Source of the DNA: Patescibacteria group bacterium
GTDB taxonomy: Bacteria; Patescibacteriota; Minisyncoccia; UBA6257; UBA9933
Direction of reading: 5' to 3'
DNA: 24,454 bases
NCBI GenBank assembly: GCA_038057615.1
Contig: JBBUCW010000011.1
Location: forward strand, 1 to 24,454
The notes under the pieces were generated by a model. It saw only the letters and a list, made by a program, of their open reading frames with translations, ran no database searches and was not told the origin of the DNA. Below are positions 6,920-15,791 of this stretch, piece by piece. The position numbers and the translations under genes were made by a program. The stretch's first letter is position 1. Each line of letters opens with the position of its first letter.

Positions 6920-8085
6920 AATAAATTATCAGCGATGGCTTTAATAATTTTTTCAGCCGCCTTGCCGCCTCCATAAGGATTATTGCCAGATGCCATTTTA
7001 TTATAAACATTTTTATTGTCTAATAATAAAAATGTTTCATTGATAATATTTTCTGTTTTTATGCCGACAAGCTTTGAAACACCGGTTTCTATTCCCTCTT
7101 GGCGCTCGGTGATGTCGCGCATTACTAAAACCGGTCTACGGAGAGAAGGAGCTTCTTCCTGAATCCCGCCGGAATCAGTCAAAATCAAATATGATTTTCC
7201 CATTAAAAAAACAAATTCGTCGTATTTTAACGGTTCAATCAAATGGATATTAGAAATACCGCTCAACATTTCCTGCGCCAAATGATAAACATTTGGGTTT
7301 AAATGAACCGGATAAATTATTTCTACATCTTTTCTTTTTTGCGCGATTTCTTTAATCGCCGAAAAAATGTTTTTTAATCCTTCGCCGAAACTTTCTCTTC
7401 TGTGCACCGTAACTAAAATTATTTTTTTATCATTAAAATCAATGTCGTATTTTTTTGAAAAATTATTTTTGTATTCCAATGAATTTTTCTCTTGATTTTC
7501 TTTTATTATAAACAATGCGTCAATTACCGTATTACCAGTTAAAAATATTTTTTCTTCCGCGACTCCTTCTTTTAAAAGGTTGTTTTTTGCCTGTTCTGTG
7601 GGCGCAAAATGAAAATCAGTTAATCGAGAAATAAGCTGGCGATTCATTTCTTCCGGAAACGGGCTGTATTTATCATAAGTTCTTAAACCAGCTTCAATAT
7701 GAGCAATTTTAATTTTAAAATGAAAAGCAAAAAAAGCCGCCAAAAAAGCGGTTGAAGTATCTCCCTGAACCATTAAAATATCGGGTTTTTCTTTTTTAAG
7801 AATCCTTAAGAATTTTAAAAACGAAATTCCGCTTACGGCCAAATTTTTAATTTTTATAAAAATATTAATTCCTTTGCTAAATAATGCTTTATCGCTTAAT
7901 GTAATTTTCAAATCGTAATCCGGCGTAATGTTAAAAACTTTTAATATATGATTGAGCATTTCATCGTGCTGGCGAAAAACACAAACAATGCCTTTTAAAG
8001 AGGAATGATTTTTAATTTCTCTGATTATCGGCGCGAGCTTGATCGCTTCCGGCCGAGTGCCGAATACCATTAAAATTTTTTTCAT
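6916..8085 (-). CDS. wecB: UDP-N-acetylglucosamine 2-epimerase (non-hydrolysing)
   Basis: 'FGTRPEAIK', 'QGDT', 'HIEAGLR', 'FPEEMNR', 'TGNTVIDA', 'HRRE' and 'TDSGGIQEEAP'. Confidence 0.97.
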   Translation of the reverse strand: MKKILMVFGTRPEAIKLAPIIREIKNHSSLKGIVCVFRQHDEMLNHILKVFNITPDYDLKITLSDKALFSKGINIFIKIKNLAVSGISFLKFLRILKKEKPDILMVQGDTSTAFLAAFFAFHFKIKIAHIEAGLRTYDKYSPFPEEMNRQLISRLTDFHFAPTEQAKNNLLKEGVAEEKIFLTGNTVIDALFIIKENQEKNSLEYKNNFSKKYDIDFNDKKIILVTVHRRESFGEGLKNIFSAIKEIAQKRKDVEIIYPVHLNPNVYHLAQEMLSGISNIHLIEPLKYDEFVFLMGKSYLILTDSGGIQEEAPSLRRPVLVMRDITERQEGIETGVSKLVGIKTENIINETFLLLDNKNVYNKMASGNNPYGGGKAAEKIIKAIADNLF

Positions 8086-9305
8086 AATAATTTTTCAAAT
8101 TTATCCACGCAAACTTTTTTTTCCATATTTGTCAAAAGGTATTTCAACCCATTTTCGCCGTATTCTTTCATTTTATCTTTTTCATTATACATTTTTAAAA
8201 TTATTTCTAATGCTTTTTCTCCGTCATCAGAAATTCCACCATAACCGCATTTTGCTTCTTTAACAATCAATAAACCGTCGCTCTCTTTATGAAGAAATGC
8301 GACAACCGGCTTACTAGCCGCCATATAGCCCAAAATCTTTGCCGGCACCGCCGGAGTGGTATTTTGTGAAGTTAAACTGATTATACCGACATCGCAATCT
8401 TTTACCAATTCCGGATATTTTTCTAAAGAAACGAACGGCTTAAAAACAACATTTTCCAGTTTTAATTCTTCCGCCATTTTCATCAACTTTTCTTTTGCTG
8501 AACCGTCGCCAACAAAAAGAAAAATAATGTCTTTATTATTTCTTATTTTATCCGCAATTCTGATAAATAAATCTAACCCTTGCGACGGCCCAAGCACTCC
8601 GCCAAATAAAAATATAAATTTATTTTCCAAACCGTATAATTTCCTAAATCTGCCGGTTTTTTTCGTTTTTAAAAACGGCTCGCTGTCTATCCAATGATAT
8701 ACCACTTGTGTTTTTCCCTTTGGCACATTTCTTTTTTCTTCAATAAATTTTTTATGCTCATTAGAAGGAACAACAATTAAGTCAGAATTTTTATAAGCGC
8801 TTTTTTCCATTCGTTCAAAAAACCAAATAACCGGCCAATATTTCCATTTTTTTAAAACTCCGAGGTCAATGGCGTTTTGAGGAAAAATGTCATGAAGATT
8901 AAGAATATATTTCGCGCCATAAAATTTTTTTATTTTATAAGCGACGAGTGTAAGCGGTAATGGCGGACTGTGAACAATCACAACATCTATTTTTTCTTTG
9001 ATATTTTTTTTGATTTTGCGAAAAAAAATATAAGGCATTAAAAGTTGCGCTATGCCCCTGATTGTAAAATTCACTTTGTGATGAGGAATAGTTTTAATCC
9101 GTAAAACTTGCACCCCGTTTTCATCAGAAATCTCCGGCCAAACAATATTTTCGGAATCCGCCAAGTTATATTTAGGGTAAGAAGTAGCAACATAAACATT
9201 ATGGCCATCATCAGCCAAATCATCAGCCAAATCTTTCATTAATAATGCCGCGGAACGAATTTCCGGCGGATAAGAATCTGTAATAATAAGAATGTTTTTT
9301 TTCAT
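8082..9305 (-). CDS. Glycosyltransferase family 4 (WbuB-like)
   Basis: 'ITDSYPPEIRSAA', 'HSPPLPL', 'HDIFPQNAIDLG', 'GGVLGPSQGLD' and 'PAKILGYMAASKPVV'. Confidence 0.9.
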   Translation of the reverse strand: MKKNILIITDSYPPEIRSAALLMKDLADDLADDGHNVYVATSYPKYNLADSENIVWPEISDENGVQVLRIKTIPHHKVNFTIRGIAQLLMPYIFFRKIKKNIKEKIDVVIVHSPPLPLTLVAYKIKKFYGAKYILNLHDIFPQNAIDLGVLKKWKYWPVIWFFERMEKSAYKNSDLIVVPSNEHKKFIEEKRNVPKGKTQVVYHWIDSEPFLKTKKTGRFRKLYGLENKFIFLFGGVLGPSQGLDLFIRIADKIRNNKDIIFLFVGDGSAKEKLMKMAEELKLENVVFKPFVSLEKYPELVKDCDVGIISLTSQNTTPAVPAKILGYMAASKPVVAFLHKESDGLLIVKEAKCGYGGISDDGEKALEIILKMYNEKDKMKEYGENGLKYLLTNMEKKVCVDKFEKLL

Positions 9306-10924
9306 CTAAAATAACTCCAAAATTTTCCTTTGGCTTTTTCGTATCTGTCGCCCCAGCCTTTCATTTTTTGAAGTTTTTCTTCAAGATCCAGCATTATTTT
9401 AGCGGATATAAGAATTGATTCTATTGAATCGCCTTCTTCATTATTAGCTATTTTTCTTCCTATCTCACGATACATATCTCTATAACTGTCTGTTTTAAAT
9501 ATTCTCTTTTTTCTGATAATCTTGTGATTGTTCTCTGATTGGTATTTTATGGCGTCCGTTATCCTTATATTTTTCCCGTGAATTTTTAATTCCACAATAT
9601 CCCTTGGCCCAACCCGCAAACTACCTTTTTCGCTGAAAGTCGTGGTAAAAGTCGCTCCGTTTTCAAGCTCTATCCAAACCTCAACAGTATTATCTTGTAA
9701 TAATTTAATGTCAGAATTTATCGGCTTGCTGAAATTATTAAGATGCAAAAAATGATCAACTTGATGACAACCATTGGACAAAAAAGTGCTTCTGGAAACC
9801 GGCCAATTATACCAAAAAAATTCCGGTTGAAGCAATTCATAAACTATGGAATGGTATGAAATCGGCTCGCCGTATTTTACGCCAAGATCTTGTAGGGCGA
9901 ATTTATTAAATGTTCCATAACGCTTATGAAACCCGATGAATAATTTCCTTCCAACCTGCCTCAAAGTTTTTTCCAATTCGTTTAATTCGTCATAATCCAT
10001 AACAACGGGTTTTTCCACCACAACATAAGCCCCTTGATTCAAGGCGTGTAATGTTATAGGAACATGGGTATGGTTGTAGCTGGCAACAAAATAAACTTCG
10101 GCTTTCTCGTCCGCCGCGGGAAAAGGCGAAGAATCCCATTTTTGAATTCCTCTCTCAATAACTATTTGAGTTGGGTCAATTTCGTGAATTGATTTTATAT
10201 CAACAAACTTTTTTGTATACGGAATGATATTAATTTTCGCGTAATTGCCATAACCAAATAAAACTCCGCTTTTTTTGTTTTTCTTTATTTCTTCTACTTT
10301 ACCTTTTACTTCCGCGACGACATCAGCTCCGCTTGAGTCAATTTTTTGCGCTTCGCCCCAGTTATTATTTTTAATTTCTTTTTTTAATCCATCAACTAAT
10401 TTATTTTGAATCTCTTGAGTAATCTCTATCCCAGAATAGATACTCCATGCCTTAATGTCTTTCCACCATACATCCTGTATTTTATTTTTTCCGACAGGAA
10501 AATACAAAATCACGCCCTCCTCCATTTCTAAAATATCAAATTTATCAATTTTATAAATAAGCTCTTTAGGTAAAACAATTCTTTCCACAATGGCTGGATG
10601 AAAAGGCGCCATAAAATAAACCATCTCGCTCTCGGCAAAAATTTTATTATCAACGGTTTCAATAATTTTCCCAATGCCGCAAGAAATATATTTTTCATTG
10701 CGCCTATCTTCTCTAAGCCGAGACCAAATTTTTGTAAATAATCCATAAAATCCAACAACTGGGAAATAATTAATCAATAATCTTAAGCTCTTAGCCCTTA
10801 TATGATAAACATTTTCAAGCTTTTCAAGATTTTTCCATGCCAAAACTTGAATCCTGTATTCATTTTTATTTCGGCAATAATCCAAAAAACCGCCCCTCCA
10901 TTTCTTGCCGGTAAGTATTCTCAT
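9302..10924 (-). CDS. Bi-domain-type oxidoreductase: partial MDR-like N-terminus plus Gfo/Idh/MocA domain
   Basis: 'GVLFGYGNYAK' Rossmann motif, 'VVVEKP', 'GFHKRY', and 'NGCHQVD'. The N-terminal 'SRLREDRRNEKYISCGIGKIIE' resembles bi-domain oxidoreductase N-termini (inference). Confidence 0.7.
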   Translation of the reverse strand: MRILTGKKWRGGFLDYCRNKNEYRIQVLAWKNLEKLENVYHIRAKSLRLLINYFPVVGFYGLFTKIWSRLREDRRNEKYISCGIGKIIETVDNKIFAESEMVYFMAPFHPAIVERIVLPKELIYKIDKFDILEMEEGVILYFPVGKNKIQDVWWKDIKAWSIYSGIEITQEIQNKLVDGLKKEIKNNNWGEAQKIDSSGADVVAEVKGKVEEIKKNKKSGVLFGYGNYAKINIIPYTKKFVDIKSIHEIDPTQIVIERGIQKWDSSPFPAADEKAEVYFVASYNHTHVPITLHALNQGAYVVVEKPVVMDYDELNELEKTLRQVGRKLFIGFHKRYGTFNKFALQDLGVKYGEPISYHSIVYELLQPEFFWYNWPVSRSTFLSNGCHQVDHFLHLNNFSKPINSDIKLLQDNTVEVWIELENGATFTTTFSEKGSLRVGPRDIVELKIHGKNIRITDAIKYQSENNHKIIRKKRIFKTDSYRDMYREIGRKIANNEEGDSIESILISAKIMLDLEEKLQKMKGWGDRYEKAKGKFWSYFR

Positions 10925-10967
10925 GATGTCCTACATCTTAATTTATTTAAGATTGTTTTTCAATAAC

Positions 10968-11747
10968 TTACTTTTTTTCATAAATTTTCGCGTCAATCAA
11001 AAACCGATACCAAAAAGCGTGCAAAAAATGAAATATCAAACCTTCTTTACCGTCTAAAAAGCCCAACCGTAAAAAATAACGATAACAAAAATACGCGTAA
11101 ACGCGGAAAAACATCGGCAGTTTGTAATAAAATTTCTTTTTACTGATTCCAAAATCGCCGACTAAAATCGCCGCCACTTCCCGCGACGCGTAATTATTGT
11201 GCTTTTCAGTCCACCAAGTTAAATCTTTTTTATTATCATCAACAAAATCATTTTCTAATTTTCCGGATTTCCCTTCCAATAAAACGAGATGTTCATCCAT
11301 TTCTCTTTGTTCCGAACGGGCTTTTCCTTTTCTAAATAATCTTAAAAACCAAAACGGATAATAACCGCCGTGTTTTATCCACCGGCCCATAAAATAAACG
11401 CGACGTTTAATGTAAAATCCTGAAATTTCTAATGCGGTTTTTGGTATAACTTCAATAATTTCTTTTTTTAATTCTTCAGTCAAATATTCATCCGCGTCCA
11501 ATCTTAAAATCCACTCGTTTTTTATTTTCAGATTATCCAAAGCCCAGTTAAATTGCCGAGCCTGATTTTCAAATTTATGCTGAAAAATTTTAGCGTCATA
11601 TTTTTTTGCGATTTCCAAAGTTTTATCAGTGGAATAAGAATCAACGATAAAAATTTCATCCGCCCAATCACTGATATTCTTCAACAGCAGTTCAATGTGA
11701 ATTTCTTCGTTGTAGGTTAAAATTATGATTGAAATGGGAATTCTCAT
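10968..11747 (-). CDS. Glycosyltransferase family 2
   Basis: 'ISIIILTYNEE', 'IVDSYSTDKT', DxD in 'LRLDADE', 'LRLFRKG', and 'GFLDGKEG'. Confidence 0.95.
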   Translation of the reverse strand: MRIPISIIILTYNEEIHIELLLKNISDWADEIFIVDSYSTDKTLEIAKKYDAKIFQHKFENQARQFNWALDNLKIKNEWILRLDADEYLTEELKKEIIEVIPKTALEISGFYIKRRVYFMGRWIKHGGYYPFWFLRLFRKGKARSEQREMDEHLVLLEGKSGKLENDFVDDNKKDLTWWTEKHNNYASREVAAILVGDFGISKKKFYYKLPMFFRVYAYFCYRYFLRLGFLDGKEGLIFHFLHAFWYRFLIDAKIYEKK

Positions 11748-12796
11748 ATAAAATAATTTTCAACGGCAAATTTATATTGCTGAATAAATAATTCTTTAAA
11801 AAATCTAACATTATTTTGTTCGTAAAAAAGTATGATCGCTTTTTTGTAATCCGCCTCGTCAATGCTTCTGTATGAAAGCGGACAAACATTATGCGCCAAA
11901 AAAATAGCGTCCCCGATAAGCCGCGCCGTTCTTTTATTCCCGTCTTCAAACGGCTGAATATAAGATATCAATAATACCGCGGCCAGCGCTTTGAAAAAAG
12001 GATTTTTCTCTTTATTAATCAAATTCGCCATATTTTCCATCGCCTCGCGCAATTGATATTCATTATCTAACGGCCTGTATTTTGTCCCGACAACGCCAAC
12101 CGCTTTTTTTCTTATGCCATAAAAAACATTCAATCCTTCAACCAATAATCTATGAATGTCGTTAATTTTTCTAATCGTCATTTTTTTAAAATCTTTTTTA
12201 TTGGCAAAAATATAATCCAGCGCTTTTTTATGATTTAAAATCATTATTGCTTCTTCTTTTTTGTGACCTTTCGCTTCTTTGTTTTCTTTAATAAGAATTT
12301 CCGTGTCTATAAGCGAATATGTGTTGCCTTCTATTTGTGAAGATTTCCAACTTAATTCAATTGTCAGCCGCTCAAACTCTTTCTTTAAAATCGCCGGCGG
12401 AATTTTTTTAATATTAACTCCATATTTTTTATTTAATCTTTCTAAATCAATTAATTCACTTTTGCTGAAAATATTTCTAAAATTATTAAAAATATCAAAA
12501 TTAAATCTTTCAAATATGCCTTTTCGTTCATCCGGACCTTTTTGAAAATATTCATCAACATCAATATATTGAAGTAATTTATTTTCAACTGATTCCTGAT
12601 AAAAAATTCCGCGGCCTTTGCCGATTTTTTTAATCAATTTTTTCCGCTTCAAAACATTAATATCTCTGACGATGGTAACTCTGGAAATTTCGCCGAATAA
12701 CTCTTCTAAATGCTTTTTAATTTCTTTATTGCCGGCTTTTCCGCTTTTTCTGATAAATTCAAGAATTTTTAATTGCCGACTGGTTAATTTATCCAT
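11744..12796 (-). CDS. Fic family protein with N-terminal winged HTH
   Basis: N-terminal 'RQLKILEFIRK...SRVTIVRDINVLKRKKLI...GKGRGIFY', inhibitory-type motif 'SSQIEGN', and Fic motif 'IQPFEDGNKRTAR'. Confidence 0.92.
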   Translation of the reverse strand: MDKLTSRQLKILEFIRKSGKAGNKEIKKHLEELFGEISRVTIVRDINVLKRKKLIKKIGKGRGIFYQESVENKLLQYIDVDEYFQKGPDERKGIFERFNFDIFNNFRNIFSKSELIDLERLNKKYGVNIKKIPPAILKKEFERLTIELSWKSSQIEGNTYSLIDTEILIKENKEAKGHKKEEAIMILNHKKALDYIFANKKDFKKMTIRKINDIHRLLVEGLNVFYGIRKKAVGVVGTKYRPLDNEYQLREAMENMANLINKEKNPFFKALAAVLLISYIQPFEDGNKRTARLIGDAIFLAHNVCPLSYRSIDEADYKKAIILFYEQNNVRFFKELFIQQYKFAVENYFI

Positions 12797-12804
12797 CTTT
12801 TAAG

Positions 12805-12837
12805 ATTGTATCATTATTTACCGTTAATTGTATCATT
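12805..12837 (-). promoter_or_regulatory. Tandem 11-bp direct repeats (AATGATACAAT) with 22-bp period upstream of the Fic gene; candidate operator/promoter
   Basis: ATTGTATCATT at 12805-12815 and 12827-12837. The proximal copy ends in TACAAT (-10-like), 8 nt before the ATG. Confidence 0.55.
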
Positions 12838-12955
12838 TTGAAACGATAAAAGCAACGTTTTCCTCGCTAACTAAATCACCAATGTTTTTCAACAGCCGTT
12901 CAATGTGAATTTCTTCGTTGTAGGTAAGAATTATGATACTAAGAGGAATTTTCAT
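12833..12955 (-). pseudogene. Truncated 5' copy of the GT2 gene (40 aa, not in the ORF track)
   Basis: Translates as MKIPLSIIILTYNEEIHIERLLKNIGDLVSEENVAFIVSK*, versus MRIPISIIILTYNEEIHIELLLKNISDWADEIFIVDS in the intact GT2. Confidence 0.9.
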
Positions 12956-12978
12956 TTTAATACCTAATTTTTCAATTT

Positions 12979-12993
12979 AAAGCGGTCCGCTTT
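12979..12993. other. GC-rich palindrome AAAGCGG-T-CCGCTTT downstream of the LamG/SLT gene (possible terminator or binding site)
   Basis: Perfect 7-bp arms around a single central base. Confidence 0.35.
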
Positions 12994-13005
12994 TGCCTCC
13001 ATAAT

Positions 13006-15759
13006 TTATCTCAACGAAATAATAGCCGTGTAAAACTTGCCGTCGTTGAGAACGACTCTGAACTGCCAACTTCCGACAGATAAATTATCAGTGGCCAAAT
13101 TATAAACATATTGATTATTTTCCGAATCGTATCGGAACGTATTTCCCGCATCCGCCGCTGATGTTGAAAAAGCTATTTCATCCGTACCAACAACGCCATC
13201 AGAAATTTTAGCCAAATAAAGATAAGCTGTAGCCGTTGATATATAATTGTTATTGATATCGGTTAATTGAAACTTAATCGGCAAAGTTATCCTTAATTTA
13301 TAAATACCGGAACCATCGGCTTTAATCGGAGACAAAAAACCGCCAAATCTGTAAGCGGTATTAAAATAAATAATTTTGGTTGAAATATTCCCATCATAAT
13401 CTACGGCGGTAATTTTAAGAACATTTAAGCCGAGTTTGGTTAAAACAACAATTTGCCCGTTATTCACTACAACATCATTTAATAACGCTTCCACGCCGGC
13501 TATGCCGGAAATTTTATCCGTCGCGCTAAATTGAATTTGTAATTGAGAATTAAGCAAATATTCACCCGCGATCGGCGATACGTTTATCTGCGGCGGCTCA
13601 ATATCGTGCAATTCCGCATCGGAATCAATTGTTTGGTCTATTACGCCGTCTCCTTCGTAATCTATGTTTAATTTTACGCCCCTTTCGCCCCTGTTAAGCG
13701 CGTCCCAATCAATCCGGTATTGATGAATTTCTCCTTCCGTAATGGGTAAATTAATGGCGCTGAATCCGGAAAAAATTCCGTGTTGCGCATTAACAATATC
13801 CAAACCGTATTTCCCGCTGGCGGTTCCAATAATACTATAAACATAAGAATCGTTTTGGAAAAATATCACCGCTCCTTTCACATTTGCGTCATAAACGGAA
13901 AAAGGAATTTCTTCTTTTACGAGATTATCAAAAACGCCTGTTTTTCGTCCTTGAGAATCAGTGATTTGCAATTCTCCTGGGCTGTTTAATTTCACAAGGA
14001 TTTTATTATTATTCACTGTTTTCAACTTACGGCTTAATGTTTCTATGGCGATTTTATTGGCGTCATTGATAATTCCGACAAAATAATTATTTAAATAACT
14101 TAATCTAATAGCCACACCACCTAAATAATCGCCGTATAAACCTTTTTCATTTTTAACAATGCCGTTATAACCCCACACTATAAGCGATGTTTTAATGTCA
14201 GCACAAGTTAAATTAACACCGTCTATTGTTAACGGACAAGAAGTAATAATTCGCGGATTAGCCATCAATCTTAATGCTTGGTCGTATTTATTTTGTAAAA
14301 CTCTGAATCCGTCTTTTATGTTCGCGTATATTCCCTGCAAAGCGTTAGAATAATATTTACTGAATCTGCCAACCCATTCTTCTCCTTTACAATCATCGCG
14401 TTTGGAATTTATATCTAATCCGCTTCCCAATCCTTTGGAATTCGGCGACGTGATTTGCATAATTCCAATTCCGCCGTCAAAAGCGCCGGCGCAAATTTCA
14501 TTGTTAAATTCAGGCCCGGATTCTTCGGCTCCAACGGCTAAAATAAGCTCTTTTGGAAATTCCGAATCTATGATAAATTTTTGAAAATTATTCTTATTAT
14601 CCCTGCCTCCGCCTCCATCATAAAGAGAATTTTCAGAATTATTTTTTGCGTAATAATTATTTACCGCGTCCAAAATAACTGGTTTTCTTTTATCAGCCGT
14701 ATCTAATTGCGTTTCCGCTTTATTTTGTAAATCGCTTTGATTATTCGGATTGTAATCTAAATATATTGTTCCGTTTGTTAAATTTTTTGCCGCCATCCAA
14801 CCAATAACTCCGTCAATTTTGTCTTCAACTTGATACCAACGATAACCGTCTATATCTATATTATTGCCGTTATCGTCAATGATTTTTATAACTTTGAGCG
14901 CCCAACCATTGGGAAGAGTTTTTAATAAAATACCGGAAACGCCGGCGCTTTGACGAAAATTCAATCTGGCAGATTGAATTTCAGACCAAAATTGCGTTGG
15001 CTGATTTGCCAAAGCATAATTTAAAGCTATTTCTTCGGCCGAACGAGCGATATTGGAAATACGAATTTCGTCGATTAATCCCCGCATTCTTTGAGAGCTT
15101 TGATAACCTCCTCCAAAAAGATGATGATTGATATATAAAGAATGTGTATCGGTAAATGTTAAATTAGGATGATAATTCGTTGATTCTAAAACACCATTAA
15201 CATAAATCTTAGAATAAACGCCGTCATAAGTAGAAACTACGTAATACCATTGATTTGGTTCATGCCAAATTCCGCTAAAACTTACTTGATTAAAACTACT
15301 TGCGCCAGCGCAAGAACCATCTTGGTTGCGTGCGATTCGTAAATTATACCCGTTGATATAGCCATAATTACTATCCACTCCCTTAGAAATTATATCCTCG
15401 GCATTTGCCCAACAACTTAAATCAAACCCCGTTGGATAAACCCATGCCTCAATAGTTAATTGAGAAAAATTTCTTAAAGAAGGATTGTCTGGCACGATAA
15501 TATAATCTGTTTGGCCGTTAAAATATCTAGCTTTACCGAATTTGCCGTCAATAATAGCTGTGCCGATAGCAGTGCCATTATTTATTCCAGTTTCATCAAT
15601 TATTGTATTGCCGGAAACATCATTGAATCTCCACAAAGCAACTGTGTTAGTATCGACGCTAAATAAATTTTGAGGAATTGCAACTTGAGCGTTAACAAAA
15701 TTAAAATAAACAGAATTTAATAATAAAATAACAAAAACAAATACTGATTTTTTAAACAT
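13006..15759 (-). CDS. Exported multidomain protein: signal peptide, LamG-like lectin, SH3b-like, lytic transglycosylase (SLT)-like, Ig-like, PxKF domain
   Basis: Signal 'MFKKSVFVFVILLLNSVYFNFVNAQ'. LamG aa ~38-250 ('ALWRFND', 'TIEAWVYP', 'WYYVVSTYDG', 'YVNG', 'GLIDEIRISN'). SH3b aa ~258-326 ('LNFRQSAG', 'DGYRWYQV', 'GWMAA'). SLT aa ~400-560 ('LAVGAEES', 'GIMQI', 'GYNG'). C-terminal 'FGGFLSPI...LPIKFQLTD'. Confidence 0.8.
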   Translation of the reverse strand: MFKKSVFVFVILLLNSVYFNFVNAQVAIPQNLFSVDTNTVALWRFNDVSGNTIIDETGINNGTAIGTAIIDGKFGKARYFNGQTDYIIVPDNPSLRNFSQLTIEAWVYPTGFDLSCWANAEDIISKGVDSNYGYINGYNLRIARNQDGSCAGASSFNQVSFSGIWHEPNQWYYVVSTYDGVYSKIYVNGVLESTNYHPNLTFTDTHSLYINHHLFGGGYQSSQRMRGLIDEIRISNIARSAEEIALNYALANQPTQFWSEIQSARLNFRQSAGVSGILLKTLPNGWALKVIKIIDDNGNNIDIDGYRWYQVEDKIDGVIGWMAAKNLTNGTIYLDYNPNNQSDLQNKAETQLDTADKRKPVILDAVNNYYAKNNSENSLYDGGGGRDNKNNFQKFIIDSEFPKELILAVGAEESGPEFNNEICAGAFDGGIGIMQITSPNSKGLGSGLDINSKRDDCKGEEWVGRFSKYYSNALQGIYANIKDGFRVLQNKYDQALRLMANPRIITSCPLTIDGVNLTCADIKTSLIVWGYNGIVKNEKGLYGDYLGGVAIRLSYLNNYFVGIINDANKIAIETLSRKLKTVNNNKILVKLNSPGELQITDSQGRKTGVFDNLVKEEIPFSVYDANVKGAVIFFQNDSYVYSIIGTASGKYGLDIVNAQHGIFSGFSAINLPITEGEIHQYRIDWDALNRGERGVKLNIDYEGDGVIDQTIDSDAELHDIEPPQINVSPIAGEYLLNSQLQIQFSATDKISGIAGVEALLNDVVVNNGQIVVLTKLGLNVLKITAVDYDGNISTKIIYFNTAYRFGGFLSPIKADGSGIYKLRITLPIKFQLTDINNNYISTATAYLYLAKISDGVVGTDEIAFSTSAADAGNTFRYDSENNQYVYNLATDNLSVGSWQFRVVLNDGKFYTAIISLR

Positions 15760-15791
15760 AATTTTTATATTTTTACTTATATTTCGGCTTT

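Larger units (their letters stand above)
11690..12925. repeat. 28-bp perfect direct repeats (11690-11717 and 12898-12925) bracketing the Fic gene
   Basis: GTTCAATGTGAATTTCTTCGTTGTAGGT occurs twice, 1208 bp apart. Confidence 0.9.

Noticed and set aside
9209-9232. 12-bp tandem repeat CATCAGCCAAAT x2 (DLAD-DLAD) in the GT4 gene
   Set aside because: Only two units, frame-neutral, and it fits an ordinary amphipathic helix. No evidence of function.
10935-10953. Inverted repeat ATCTTAA-TTTAT-TTAAGAT between the GT2 and oxidoreductase genes
   Set aside because: Almost entirely A/T, too weak to call a terminator.
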